The position numbers were made by a program, and so were the translations under genes. Below, in pieces: positions 46,918-57,749 of a stretch of 64,000 nucleotides of DNA (positions are counted from its first letter, which is position 1; each line of letters starts with the position of its first letter). Origin of the DNA: Nannocystales bacterium (GTDB lineage: Bacteria > Myxococcota_A > Polyangia > Nannocystales > Nannocystaceae); assembly GCA_050633305.1 (NCBI GenBank), contig JBOEGF010000018.1:768001-832000 (forward strand), in the 5' to 3' direction. A model generated the notes under the pieces. That model worked only from the letters and a program-made list of their open reading frames with translations, was not told the origin of the DNA and did not search any database.

Positions 46918-47835
46918 TTACTCGAATGTGCCTACGAGGTAGGCGGGGCCGCCGGGCGCATCTCCGACATAGACCGTGCGAGCACCGTCGGTGGTTTCGC
47001 CAAGGTAGACACCAACCTTGTGCGGCAGGACGAGCGGCTCGGTGAACTGCACGTCGATGGACTTCAGAGCGTGAATCGAGCCCGCGAACAGGGTCCGCTG
47101 CAGGGTTTCGATCGTACGGGCCATCGTGCTGAACCCGTGGAGAATCGTATTGCGGAAGCCAAACGCCTTGGCGTAGGGCCGCACCCAGTGCACCGGGTTG
47201 AAGTCGCCGGTGAGCTTGGCAAAGTCGAGGCCCGCGTCGGCGCGTAGCTTCCACCGGGCGAGTTCCTCCGCGCCATGCGGGACCCGGGCCTTCTCCTTCT
47301 TTTTCGACGACCCCCCCGTTCCGTTTCGCTCACGCGTCTTCTTGTCGTGCACGACGATCGCGTAGAGGTCTGCGGTCAGCGCGTTGGGCGTTTGGTCGGT
47401 GCCGGTGACGACGCGCTGATGCAGGACGGCACGGCGGCCGTTGTCATCGATGCCCTCCAGCCGCGCGCGGGCGCGCAAGGGGACTCCGGCGGGAAGCTGC
47501 TCATGAATCTGGAGGCGGCAACCGCCGTTGAGGACCTTGAACAACGGGTAGGGGACACCTCGCAGGGTTTGAGACGCGAGTGGGAAGGACCACTGCGGGA
47601 ACAGGTGCGCGGGGAGGAGGCCTTTGTAGGACGAGGGGTCGCCCCCGACATGACGGATGTAGTCCTTCACCAGTCCAGCGGGGAGTGGCTCGACCAAGCC
47701 GATGAGCTCCTCGCTTGGGGTCGCGAACGAGGCGCTCTGGGCCGCCTTGCCTTGCCGGAGCGCAGCCCAAGCGACGCCGGCCAGGGTCTTGATGACCGGG
47801 CCCTGTTGCAGCACGTGTTTGGTCGAGACGGCCAC
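46918..47835 (-). CDS. MaoC-family (double hot-dog) acyl dehydratase
   Basis: FAKLTGDFNPVH, AKAFGF...LHG hydratase motif. Confidence 0.9.
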   Translation of the reverse strand: MAVSTKHVLQQGPVIKTLAGVAWAALRQGKAAQSASFATPSEELIGLVEPLPAGLVKDYIRHVGGDPSSYKGLLPAHLFPQWSFPLASQTLRGVPYPLFKVLNGGCRLQIHEQLPAGVPLRARARLEGIDDNGRRAVLHQRVVTGTDQTPNALTADLYAIVVHDKKTRERNGTGGSSKKKEKARVPHGAEELARWKLRADAGLDFAKLTGDFNPVHWVRPYAKAFGFRNTILHGFSTMARTIETLQRTLFAGSIHALKSIDVQFTEPLVLPHKVGVYLGETTDGARTVYVGDAPGGPAYLVGTFE

Positions 47836-49736
47836 TACTGTGCTGCCTCCGCCTGGGCGGACTCTTCGAGGCCTGCGAGGATCTCAGCCCCAGTGGTGTG
47901 GATGAGGTCGTGCATGTGTCGGCAGCGCGGCTCGGCGCGCCGCAGGTAGCGCTCGAGGACCGGTTTGCGATGTGGGAACTTCTCGACCTGCTCGAAAAGG
48001 ACCTCGCAGATCGTGACATCGGTCAGCAGTTGTGTGAGGCGCTCGGCGTGGAGCATGGCGAAGGCGAAGTCGCGCTTGGGGTCCCAGTCTTTGAAGAACG
48101 CCTGACTCCATTTCGCCATCGGCAACTCCCCCAAGGACCGCATCTTGTTCGCCGCGGTCCTGCGGATGAGGAACTGCTGGGTCTCAAGGCTGAGCCACTT
48201 CAGCTTCGCGACGCGCCGCTCGAGTGGATTGCGCGCCGAGAGGCTACGCCACCGGGTTTGGGCCAGGTCTCGCACGAACCGCTGGGGCGACTTCATGATC
48301 GCGCCCAGAGTGTCCTTCATGGCCATCAGAGCCTGGATCTGGCTGGTGCCTTCGTAGATCGGGAACACCATCGCGTCGCGCAGGAGTTTCTCGGCGCCGT
48401 ACTCGACGGTGTAGCCGTTGCCTCCGTGAATCTGGACGCACAAGCGGGAGTGCTCGACGGATTTTTCGGAGGCGATGTACTTGAGCAGCGGGGTGATTCG
48501 GCGGGCTTCGGCGCGCAGGCGCTTGCCCCTCTTCCGCTCCCCGTCGGGGTCGCTGCTGTGGTCCGCAAACAGCTCGGCCTTTTGGCCGAGTTCTTCCTTC
48601 AACGCGCCATACATCGACAGGGCTCGAATACCCTCGATGTCGCTGCGCATCATGTCGAGGTAGTCCGCGATCATCTCGTGCTTGTCGACCGTCTTTCCCA
48701 TGGAGGGACGCTCGGATGCGTAGGCCTTGGCCTTTCGGTAGCTGGCCTCCATCACACCCAAGGACTCGAACGCCACCCCGAGACGGGCGTTGTTCATGAG
48801 GGTGAGCATGTAGCGGAACCCCTCGCCGCGCTTGCCGATCAGCTTTGCTGGCGAGCGATCGTAGGTCAGCGCGACGGTGGGGGAGGCGTGGTGTCCCAGC
48901 TTCTCCTCGGCCCGGTCGATGGTGACCGTCCGGACGCGGTTGCCGTCCTCGTCTTCGTACCATGCGGGAACGAGGAAGAACGACAGGCCGCCCAGACCCG
49001 CGAAGGGGTCGTCCGGGTCCTCGGCGGTCTCGGTTCGTGCGATGACGAAGTGGTACTTGCCGTGTCCCGAGGTGATGAAGATCTTCTGTCCTGTGACGAA
49101 CCAGTTGCCGTCTTCATCCTGCTCGCCGTAGGCGCGCAGGCGAGCCATGTCGCTGCCTGCGTCCGGCTCGGTGATGTCCATCGAGCCCCAGGCATCTCCG
49201 CGGCCAATCTCTTCGATCTCGGCCTGGAAGCGGGTCTCGAGGACCCGACCGTTCTCGATCTTTGTGGTGCCCTCACGCATCGAGAAGATGAGCATCGACA
49301 GCGCCATCCCCCCGTGAAATCCGTAGTGCGTTCCTACGGAGACGTCCGCACGCGCCATCATCTCGGCGTTGATGAAGTAGCTGACCAGCGGGCAGTTCAT
49401 GCCGCCAAGCTCCCGCGGGATGCACATCCAGTGGAGGTCGAGTCCCTTGAGCTGCTCGAAGATCTGGTCGAACTCCGGGGAGCACAGGGCCTCGCCGTCC
49501 TTCATGTGGACCCCGGCCGCGTCCATCTTCAGGGAGTGGGGTTCGACTTCGTCGGCAACGAACTGTCCGAACATCTCCGCGATGTCGCGGTAGATGGAGA
49601 CGGCCTCTTCGGTGTTCTGTGGTGCGGTTTCGTCGTGGGGATTTCGCTCGGTTGCGGCGACGAGTGCCTCCCAGTCGAGGCCTTCGTCGAAATAGAACTG
49701 AAGATCGGCGTTGTCGGAAAAGAAGTTGGGCATCAC
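47835..49736 (-). CDS. Acyl-CoA dehydrogenase
   Basis: ITEPDAGSD, GQKIFITSG, EEKLGHHASPT, QIHGGNG, IYEGTSQIQ. Confidence 0.95.
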   Translation of the reverse strand: MMPNFFSDNADLQFYFDEGLDWEALVAATERNPHDETAPQNTEEAVSIYRDIAEMFGQFVADEVEPHSLKMDAAGVHMKDGEALCSPEFDQIFEQLKGLDLHWMCIPRELGGMNCPLVSYFINAEMMARADVSVGTHYGFHGGMALSMLIFSMREGTTKIENGRVLETRFQAEIEEIGRGDAWGSMDITEPDAGSDMARLRAYGEQDEDGNWFVTGQKIFITSGHGKYHFVIARTETAEDPDDPFAGLGGLSFFLVPAWYEDEDGNRVRTVTIDRAEEKLGHHASPTVALTYDRSPAKLIGKRGEGFRYMLTLMNNARLGVAFESLGVMEASYRKAKAYASERPSMGKTVDKHEMIADYLDMMRSDIEGIRALSMYGALKEELGQKAELFADHSSDPDGERKRGKRLRAEARRITPLLKYIASEKSVEHSRLCVQIHGGNGYTVEYGAEKLLRDAMVFPIYEGTSQIQALMAMKDTLGAIMKSPQRFVRDLAQTRWRSLSARNPLERRVAKLKWLSLETQQFLIRRTAANKMRSLGELPMAKWSQAFFKDWDPKRDFAFAMLHAERLTQLLTDVTICEVLFEQVEKFPHRKPVLERYLRRAEPRCRHMHDLIHTTGAEILAGLEESAQAEAAQ

Positions 49737-50425
49737 GAACTCCGGGGAAGGGCAGCCTGCGGCGTCTCGGGGACGAACAGGGCGGAACGGGCGACGCGCA
49801 GGACCTCGTCCAGCAGCCGCGGGTGAATCGTTGGTGACGAGGCATCGCCACCGAGAAGGGGTCCGACCACCGCATGCACGGCGATGGTGGAAAGGATGAG
49901 GTTGATGATCGTGCTGACGTAGGCCTCCGGGTCGACGTCAGCGTGAACTCGGCCCTGCTCTTGGCCTTTGCGGATGTATTGCGACACGACTTCGGTCCAC
50001 GGCTGAACACGGTCGCGGACCAGGGGCCCCATCTCCTCGGGGCGGTCGAGCAGCTCGCGAAGCAGCACCCGAGCACGGTCGGGGTCTTCGCTAAAGAAGT
50101 TGATCGTCTCCTCCCCGATCGCGTCGAACTGCTCCTGCCCGGAGGTCGCGGCGCGAAGCAGGCGAGGCACGACCTCGTTCCAGTGTTCGAGCATCTGCTC
50201 GAGCACCGAGCGGCGAAGCTGGTCTTTCGAAGGGAAGTGGTAGAGCAGCGACGGTTTGCGGATCCCGACCGCCTTGGCGATGTCCTGCAGCGACGCGCCT
50301 ACGAATCCGCGGGCGGCAAAGAGCCGAGTCGCCTGCGCGAGAATCTGTGCGGCCATCCCCTGCTTGGGCCGACCGCTCTTCGTGCGCTCGCGCGATTCCG
50401 CTCTATCTGACCGCTGGGAAGGCAT
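49733..50425 (-). CDS. TetR/AcrR family transcriptional regulator
   Basis: ILAQATRLFAARGF..SLQDIAKAVGIRKPSLLYHFPSK helix-turn-helix; exact start uncertain. Confidence 0.92.
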   Translation of the reverse strand: MPSQRSDRAESRERTKSGRPKQGMAAQILAQATRLFAARGFVGASLQDIAKAVGIRKPSLLYHFPSKDQLRRSVLEQMLEHWNEVVPRLLRAATSGQEQFDAIGEETINFFSEDPDRARVLLRELLDRPEEMGPLVRDRVQPWTEVVSQYIRKGQEQGRVHADVDPEAYVSTIINLILSTIAVHAVVGPLLGGDASSPTIHPRLLDEVLRVARSALFVPETPQAALPRSS

Positions 50426-50430
50426 GGGGC

Positions 50431-50465
50431 TACCGTTCGGACGGTAACCGTCTACCACTCGGTAG
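50431..50465. promoter_or_regulatory. Two palindromes upstream of tetR (candidate operator)
   Basis: TACCGT-tcgg-ACGGTA (50431-50446) and CTACC-actc-GGTAG (50452-50465). Confidence 0.45.
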
Positions 50466-50515
50466 TCTGGTGCGCAACTTGACCAGGCGCCATTCGCGCT
50501 TAACGCCGAGTTGGG

Positions 50516-51988
<1,473 letters not shown>

Positions 51989-52069
51989 CGTGAGTAGGGA
52001 CCGCGCGACAAAGACGGATTCCAAGTCTCTCCGATTGGAATCATGGCGCCATGGTTGGTCCAAGTCTTG

Positions 52070-53014
52070 ATGCGAGTGTTGGCCGTCTGCGGAGTGGGTG
52101 TGTTCCTGGTTGTGGGATGTGGGACAAACACACCTGCGACGACCGACACTGAGGCCTCCGCTACGGGACTCACATCCGCGTCAAGGGGGGCGTCGTCAAG
52201 CGGCACAACGGAAGCGACCACCGTCGAGAGTGCGTCTGGCTCTTCGGGGAACGCTTCGTCTGGGTCCTCGGGAAGCGCGGGGACAGGGTCGGGAACGGTC
52301 GGCGCCAGCTCGTCCACTGGGGTGGCGCTGACCACCGACACCGCCAACGACCCCGGCAACCCGCTGGACTGTGGAGGCACGGTGTACGCGTGCGGCAACG
52401 GTGAGGACGACGATGGTGACGGGCTTGTCGACTTGGATGATCCGGAGTGCACCGGGCCCTGTGACGACGACGAAACGTCCTTCGCGACCGGGATCCCCGG
52501 CGACAACATGGACTGCAAGCAGGATTGCTTCTTCGATGGCAACAGCGGCCAAGGCGACGACGGCTGCATCTGGAACCTGCGGTGCGACCCTGAGAACCCC
52601 GGCGCTGAGATCGGGTGCGAGTACACCGGCGGCAGCAACTGCGAGAACGAGAGCCAGGCGAGCTGGGACGAAGAGTGCATCGACTTCTGCCTACCGTTCG
52701 TGCCACCGGGTTGTGACTGCTTCGGGTGTTGCACCGTTTCCACACCTGAAGGGGATGTGAACGTGTTCCTGAACTCGGACGAGGACGGAGAGTGCTCTCT
52801 GGAAAACCTTGGCGCGTGCCAGTCTTGCACGATCAACGATGATTGCGGCAACCCGTGTGATGGGGAGTGTGAGCTGTGCTTCGGGCAAGACGAGCTTCCG
52901 GCCGGATGCGAGGAGGCCGACTGCAAGTTTGGCGACGCGTGTGAAAACGTGTCCGACTGTCCCAGCGACTGGTACTGCCTACAAGGCTGCTGTCTCCCGC
53001 CGCCTCCGGGCTAG
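52070..53014 (+). CDS. Cys-rich acidic lipoprotein (myxobacterial type)
   Basis: Lipobox VVGC, Ser/Thr/Gly linker, CGNGEDDDGDGLVD motif, many Cys. Confidence 0.75.
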   Translation: MRVLAVCGVGVFLVVGCGTNTPATTDTEASATGLTSASRGASSSGTTEATTVESASGSSGNASSGSSGSAGTGSGTVGASSSTGVALTTDTANDPGNPLDCGGTVYACGNGEDDDGDGLVDLDDPECTGPCDDDETSFATGIPGDNMDCKQDCFFDGNSGQGDDGCIWNLRCDPENPGAEIGCEYTGGSNCENESQASWDEECIDFCLPFVPPGCDCFGCCTVSTPEGDVNVFLNSDEDGECSLENLGACQSCTINDDCGNPCDGECELCFGQDELPAGCEEADCKFGDACENVSDCPSDWYCLQGCCLPPPPG

Positions 53015-53058
53015 CTGCTGTTTGCTCGTGGCCTCCAGTGTGAGAGGGTCGCGCACTG

Positions 53059-53886
53059 ATGAGCGCGGCATGGGTGCTGGCGCTGGCGCTGGCCGGCGCA
53101 CCACGAGTGACGGCCAGCGCGGAGGCACGGGTCGACGCGGACGCGGTTGCGGACGGGCTCGAAGCGCGGGTGGGGCGTGCGGCTGAGCCGTGGACCATCA
53201 CGTTGGAGGCCGCGCCGACGGGGATTCGTTTTCGGGCGACGGCTCCGGGGCGGGACCTCGTCGAGCAAACGGTCGACGTTCCAGAGGGCACAGCCGAAGA
53301 GCGCGCTATCGCAGTCGCGTCGGCGGTCGCCTTCGCGATCGAGCTCGCTCCCTCAACGGATGAGCCGGGGGGGGCGATGGGCTCGGGGCGGTCGGAAGTC
53401 GCCGCTCCGTGGATGGTGACGCTCGGCGCTCACGCTGCAGTGGGGGTTGTTTCACCCGGTAGCCCCTCTGGCGGGCTCGAACTCGGCGGTGGCCGCTGGC
53501 TGGGCGCGGAACGAAGAATCCGCGTCAGCGTGTCGCTCGGCTGGGGGCACGCGCGGCGGGGTGAGCTTGCTGTTCACGCGGTGCAACCCGCCGCCCAGCT
53601 CGATGTAGGTACGGTGGTGGGACAACGATGGTGGATTGGAGGTGGCGTCCGAATCGGAGCCAGCACGGCCTGGGCGCTCGACCGGGCGCGGGACCGGGGT
53701 TCCTCGCTGTACGGGCGGATCCCCGCCACCGTCGAGTTCCAGCTTGCCAAGCGATGGTTTGCGCGCGGGGTGGTGGGTCTCGACCTGCGGACGCCGGCTC
53801 TGCGGTTCCGGGGCGCGTCGGACCAGCTTCGGTGGGGCCGGGTACGGCCTGTGCTCGGCCTGGCCGTTGGCGCAGATCTCCCGTAG
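53059..53886 (+). CDS. Hypothetical exported protein with a possible C-terminal beta-barrel
   Basis: Signal peptide; alternating Gly/aromatic beta-strand pattern in the C-half; upstream of the ECF sigma gene. Confidence 0.55.
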   Translation: MSAAWVLALALAGAPRVTASAEARVDADAVADGLEARVGRAAEPWTITLEAAPTGIRFRATAPGRDLVEQTVDVPEGTAEERAIAVASAVAFAIELAPSTDEPGGAMGSGRSEVAAPWMVTLGAHAAVGVVSPGSPSGGLELGGGRWLGAERRIRVSVSLGWGHARRGELAVHAVQPAAQLDVGTVVGQRWWIGGGVRIGASTAWALDRARDRGSSLYGRIPATVEFQLAKRWFARGVVGLDLRTPALRFRGASDQLRWGRVRPVLGLAVGADLP

Positions 53887-53953
53887 CGAAGTTGGAATTC
53901 TCCGTTGGGAGCCGGTCGTACCTAGGACCGTGTCCGGTACTGTGACATGGCCG

Positions 53954-54514
53954 ATGTCGGCCACACTCGATGCTGATCCAATTGCGCTCCTCGCCGCGGT
54001 CCGGCGGGGGGACGCGGCGGCGCAGGCGGCGTTCTTTGAGCAGCATAAGGACGCGGTGGCTCGGCAGGTCATGCGCATGACCGGAGACGCGGGGTGGGTC
54101 GACGACCTGGTGCAGGAGGTGTTTATCTCCGCCTTCTCGCGGCTTGGGTCGTTCAGAGGGGATGCTGCGGTTGGAACCTGGTTGCACCGAATCACGGTCA
54201 ACAAGGTCCGGAACGCCTGGGACTCTCGGCGGCGGCGGCTCGCCCGTGAATCGGAGGCTGTCCGGCCAGACGTGTCCGAGCACGATGCTCCGGACGATGA
54301 GGTCGCGGCCGCAGAGCAGCTCCGGACGTTCTACGCGGCGCTCGGCGGGCTCTCCGCGAAGTATCGAGATGCGTTCGTCTGCCGCGTGATCGAGGAACTC
54401 TCGCTCGAGGACACGAGCGCGGCGCTTGGCGTTCCGATCAGCACCGTCTCCTATCGCGCGCGTCGGGCCGAAGCGTTGCTGGCCGAAGCGCTCGGGATGG
54501 AGGGATCGAGGTGA
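53954..54514 (+). CDS. ECF RNA polymerase sigma factor
   Basis: DDLVQEVF, TWLHRITVN, region 4 LSLEDTSAALGVPISTVSYR; ATG at 53954. Confidence 0.92.
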   Translation: MSATLDADPIALLAAVRRGDAAAQAAFFEQHKDAVARQVMRMTGDAGWVDDLVQEVFISAFSRLGSFRGDAAVGTWLHRITVNKVRNAWDSRRRRLARESEAVRPDVSEHDAPDDEVAAAEQLRTFYAALGGLSAKYRDAFVCRVIEELSLEDTSAALGVPISTVSYRARRAEALLAEALGMEGSR

Positions 54515-55416
54515 ACCAACCGTTGCCGCGTGACCCTCGGCTCGCCGCGATGATCCGTGCGGCCCGCGAACAGCCGGCCCCGGCCGTGACGGTGACGGTC
54601 GAGGACATCCGAGCGGAGGCTTCCGGCAGGACATCGATGCGGTGGTGGGGAGGGCTCGCTGCCGCAGCGGTCGTTGCGCTCTCGCTGTGGGCGTTTCGGA
54701 GTGGTGGGGAGGAGACGCCGGCGCCTGCATCCGTCGCGGCGGTGGACGGGTCGGTCGTGGAACCTCCGGTGCAGCCGCGAGCCGCAGCCGCGGACGTGGG
54801 AACGAGTGGTCCGAGGATGGCGGCATCGCTCAGCATTGAGCCGCTCCAGGGCGCGGAGGAAGCGAGGTGGGCGGAAGGGAAGGCCGTGTCGGTGGACGAC
54901 GGTCGATATCGGATTCGAACAACCGAGGCCACGACGGTGTCGGTCGCGGGCCGGGTCCTGGAAGTCGCGGCTGCCAGCCTTGTCGTCGTGGAGGCTGGGG
55001 TGGAGCACAGCTCGTTTCGGGTCGTGAAGGGCCACGCTGCCTGGGTCGAGCCCGAGCCCGAGCCCGAGCTCAGGCCGGATGCCGAACCCGAGTCGCCGGC
55101 GCGTCGACCAGGGGCCAAGCAACTCGCCAGCAGAGCCGAGGCCGCCCTGGTTTCGGGGCGCCGCGAGGAGGCGGTCCGGCTGCTTCGGCAGCTCGTGAAG
55201 GGATACCCGACGGGGGCGGCGACCAAGGCGGGCCTCATCGACCTGGCGCGACTCGAGCAGCGGCTTGGTCGCCCGGACCGGGCCCACTGCGCCTACGCCA
55301 TGTTCGTGAAGCGCTTCCCGACCGATACTCGAACTCCAACGGTTCGGCGCGCGGACGATGCCTTGGGCCAGGCCCCTCGTTGCCGTGGGTTGCGGCCCAT
55401 CGCGAAGTCCGACTGA
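54511..55416 (+). CDS. Putative anti-sigma factor (TM, beta domain, C-terminal TPR-like helices)
   Basis: GTGA-coupled to the sigma gene; TM WWGGLAAAAVVALSLW; helical C-terminus. Confidence 0.65.
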   Translation: MNQPLPRDPRLAAMIRAAREQPAPAVTVTVEDIRAEASGRTSMRWWGGLAAAAVVALSLWAFRSGGEETPAPASVAAVDGSVVEPPVQPRAAAADVGTSGPRMAASLSIEPLQGAEEARWAEGKAVSVDDGRYRIRTTEATTVSVAGRVLEVAAASLVVVEAGVEHSSFRVVKGHAAWVEPEPEPELRPDAEPESPARRPGAKQLASRAEAALVSGRREEAVRLLRQLVKGYPTGAATKAGLIDLARLEQRLGRPDRAHCAYAMFVKRFPTDTRTPTVRRADDALGQAPRCRGLRPIAKSD

Positions 55417-55483
55417 ACTCCCGCCGCGCACAACCTGCTGGGCCCCCTTTCAAGTCGAGCCCAAGGGCGCTATTCCACCGCCC

Positions 55484-56548
55484 GTGCACCGTCTTGTGTT
55501 CGTCTTGTCGGCCCTCGCTCTTGTGACCTCGTGCGCGCGGACGCCCGAGCCCGCGCCCGTCGAGCCCGAAGCCGAGTCGTCGGTCGCCGCGCCGGTGTCT
55601 CCTGCACCGGCCGAGGCTGTGCCCGACCCTGAACCTGAACGTGAACCCGAGCCTGAACCCGCACCTGCACCGCCCCCGGTTCCCTCGCTCTCCGACGGAA
55701 CCACGATCGCAGGATGCGACGCGAGCGTGGCGAACATGGCCTGCGTCCCCGGCGGCTCGTTCATCGTCGGCTCCGACGACGGCCCGGAGAACGCACGGCC
55801 CGCGCACCCCGTTGAGTTGCAGACGTTCTATATGGACCTCTTCGAGGTCACGTACAAGGAGTACAAGGACTGCTTCAAGTCCGGGAAGTGCCCCAAGGGG
55901 GGCCCGTTCTACATGGACTTCAACCGCAAGCATCAACCCATCGCCGGGGTGACGTGGTTTGGGGCGCGGACCTATTGCGAGGTCATGGGCAAAGCTCTGC
56001 CGACCGAGGCTCAGTGGGAGGCCGCGGCCCGAGGACCACAGGGGGAGACGTATCCGTGGGGGAACGAGCCTGCCACCTGTGCAAACTCGGTCATCAAGGA
56101 TGGGCGCGGCCGAAGTTGTGGCGTGGAGAAGCGGGGCACCGAGGGGTGGAAAGGGCGACCGTTCATCGTCGGCGCGCGAGACCCCGGCCGCTACGGCCTG
56201 TACGACATGGCTGGAAACAACTGGGAGTACGTGGCCGACTGGATGTCGACGGACTACGCCGAGTGTGGCGAGGCGTGCTTGGGCGTCAACCCCACCGGAC
56301 CCTGTGACGGCGATGATGCCTGTGAGGGACATGGCGAGAAGATCGTCAAGGGCGGGTCGTGGTACTGGTCTGCCAGCAAGGCGGTCGGCTACTACCGCCG
56401 CCCTCAGCCGCCCAACAACCGGCCGTTTCATCACTTCGGGTTTCGTTGTGCTGCGAGCGTCGAGCAGGCCACTGCGCTCGACGGCAAGCCGCTTCCCGAC
56501 AACGCGCCCATCCAGGGCATGAGCAACGCCGACGCAAAACGCCGCTAG
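55484..56548 (+). CDS. Formylglycine-generating-enzyme (SUMF1) fold lipoprotein
   Basis: Lipobox VTSC, LPTEAQWEAAARG, GLYDMAGNNWE, KGGSW, FGFRCA; GTG at 55484. Confidence 0.88.
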   Translation: MHRLVFVLSALALVTSCARTPEPAPVEPEAESSVAAPVSPAPAEAVPDPEPEREPEPEPAPAPPPVPSLSDGTTIAGCDASVANMACVPGGSFIVGSDDGPENARPAHPVELQTFYMDLFEVTYKEYKDCFKSGKCPKGGPFYMDFNRKHQPIAGVTWFGARTYCEVMGKALPTEAQWEAAARGPQGETYPWGNEPATCANSVIKDGRGRSCGVEKRGTEGWKGRPFIVGARDPGRYGLYDMAGNNWEYVADWMSTDYAECGEACLGVNPTGPCDGDDACEGHGEKIVKGGSWYWSASKAVGYYRRPQPPNNRPFHHFGFRCAASVEQATALDGKPLPDNAPIQGMSNADAKRR

Positions 56549-57687
56549 GGCGGGGGCGGCTGGTCGTGACGCCAGTGGTTGATCTGGTCGGACTTGGTTG
56601 GCGGGTGCCCCACGAGAACGTCGCGCACCCGGGTGACGCCGTCCGCCTTGAGCCAGGCCCGGTACTGCTCCAACGGCTGCACGATGTACATGTAGTCGCG
56701 GTTGATCTTCCAGGTGAGCCGGGTCCGAAGCAGCACCGAGGTCTCGTCCCCGTACAGTGTCTCGACATTGCGAACGAACTGAGGGTCGTAGGCGTCCCAG
56801 TACTCTTCGGCGTTGGAGACGTACAGCACCCGAACGGGCACCTGAAGCTCCGTAGCAGCGGCGCTTAGTCCCGCAATTCCCTCCTCGGCGTTGAGGTTGA
56901 TCAGCAGGGGACGGACGCGGTCATTGCGGAGCATCGCTTTGACGTAGTCGAACGTCTCTTGGTCGGTGAGGTACGTCGGAACGTCGACGCCCTTGAGCCG
57001 CTTGTTGAGGGTCCGGAGCCGGTAGCGAAAGTACCGGCGTTGGCGACGAAGCAGGCCCTTGAGGCTGCGGGCTTTCTTTCCGTCGTACATCGCATCGATG
57101 GCCTCGTTTGCGCGTTCGAGGTTTTCCGGCTCGAACATCGCAATGAACTCCTTGGGCGTCTGCGCTGCCGCAAAGACCGCCTTGTACATGGCGTGGGTTC
57201 GGAGGACGGCGCTGTCGTAGTCGATCAGCCAGGCGAGGTGGGGACGTTGCCAGCCCATGAACAGGTAGGCCTGGTCGGGCCCGACGCCAACGTAGCCGCC
57301 GCCGAGGTCCTTGATGTCTTCGTAGAAGGCCCACAGCGCCCACTCGTTTCCGATCGTGTAGTGGACGTCCTCAAGCTCCTTCACGATGCCACCCCGGACC
57401 TCTGGCGTGGTGTCCTCCGCCGAAGACCAGAACGTCGCGCGCTCCGCCTCGCTCAAGGGTGGCACGGTGTCGGCTGTCCAGACCTCCTTTGCCATCGAAA
57501 CCGGAGCGGCGGGCTCGGGCTCGGGCTCGGGCTCGGGGGGCGGGGCCGGATCGGCAGCGGGCCCGGGAGTCGGCGCAGGGGGGGGCGACGCCTCCGCGGG
57601 CGGCTCGGGCTCGGGCGGGGTCGTGGGTGCCGGGCGGCATCCGAGGGCCGATACGGTGGCGAGGGCCAAGAGGACGCGCGCGTTCAT
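56545..57687 (-). CDS. Hypothetical lipoprotein, possible Rossmann/methyltransferase-like fold
   Basis: Lipobox ALGC, Pro-rich linker, GGGYVGVGPDQ...LIDYD, LYVSNAEEY; convergent stops overlap with the FGE gene. Confidence 0.65.
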   Translation of the reverse strand: MNARVLLALATVSALGCRPAPTTPPEPEPPAEASPPPAPTPGPAADPAPPPEPEPEPEPAAPVSMAKEVWTADTVPPLSEAERATFWSSAEDTTPEVRGGIVKELEDVHYTIGNEWALWAFYEDIKDLGGGYVGVGPDQAYLFMGWQRPHLAWLIDYDSAVLRTHAMYKAVFAAAQTPKEFIAMFEPENLERANEAIDAMYDGKKARSLKGLLRRQRRYFRYRLRTLNKRLKGVDVPTYLTDQETFDYVKAMLRNDRVRPLLINLNAEEGIAGLSAAATELQVPVRVLYVSNAEEYWDAYDPQFVRNVETLYGDETSVLLRTRLTWKINRDYMYIVQPLEQYRAWLKADGVTRVRDVLVGHPPTKSDQINHWRHDQPPPP

Positions 57688-57749
57688 CGTCGGGGCAAGG
57701 ATGCCAAACGCTCGCCGACGTGTGGGCTGGTATCGTGGAACGGTCCGCG

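Noticed and set aside
47898..49826. 642-aa plus-strand ORF
   Set aside because: Antisense to the acyl-CoA dehydrogenase; no independent support
55484..56548. Diversity-generating retroelement target (FGE/C-type lectin fold)
   Set aside because: No reverse transcriptase gene and no template-repeat copy seen in the window
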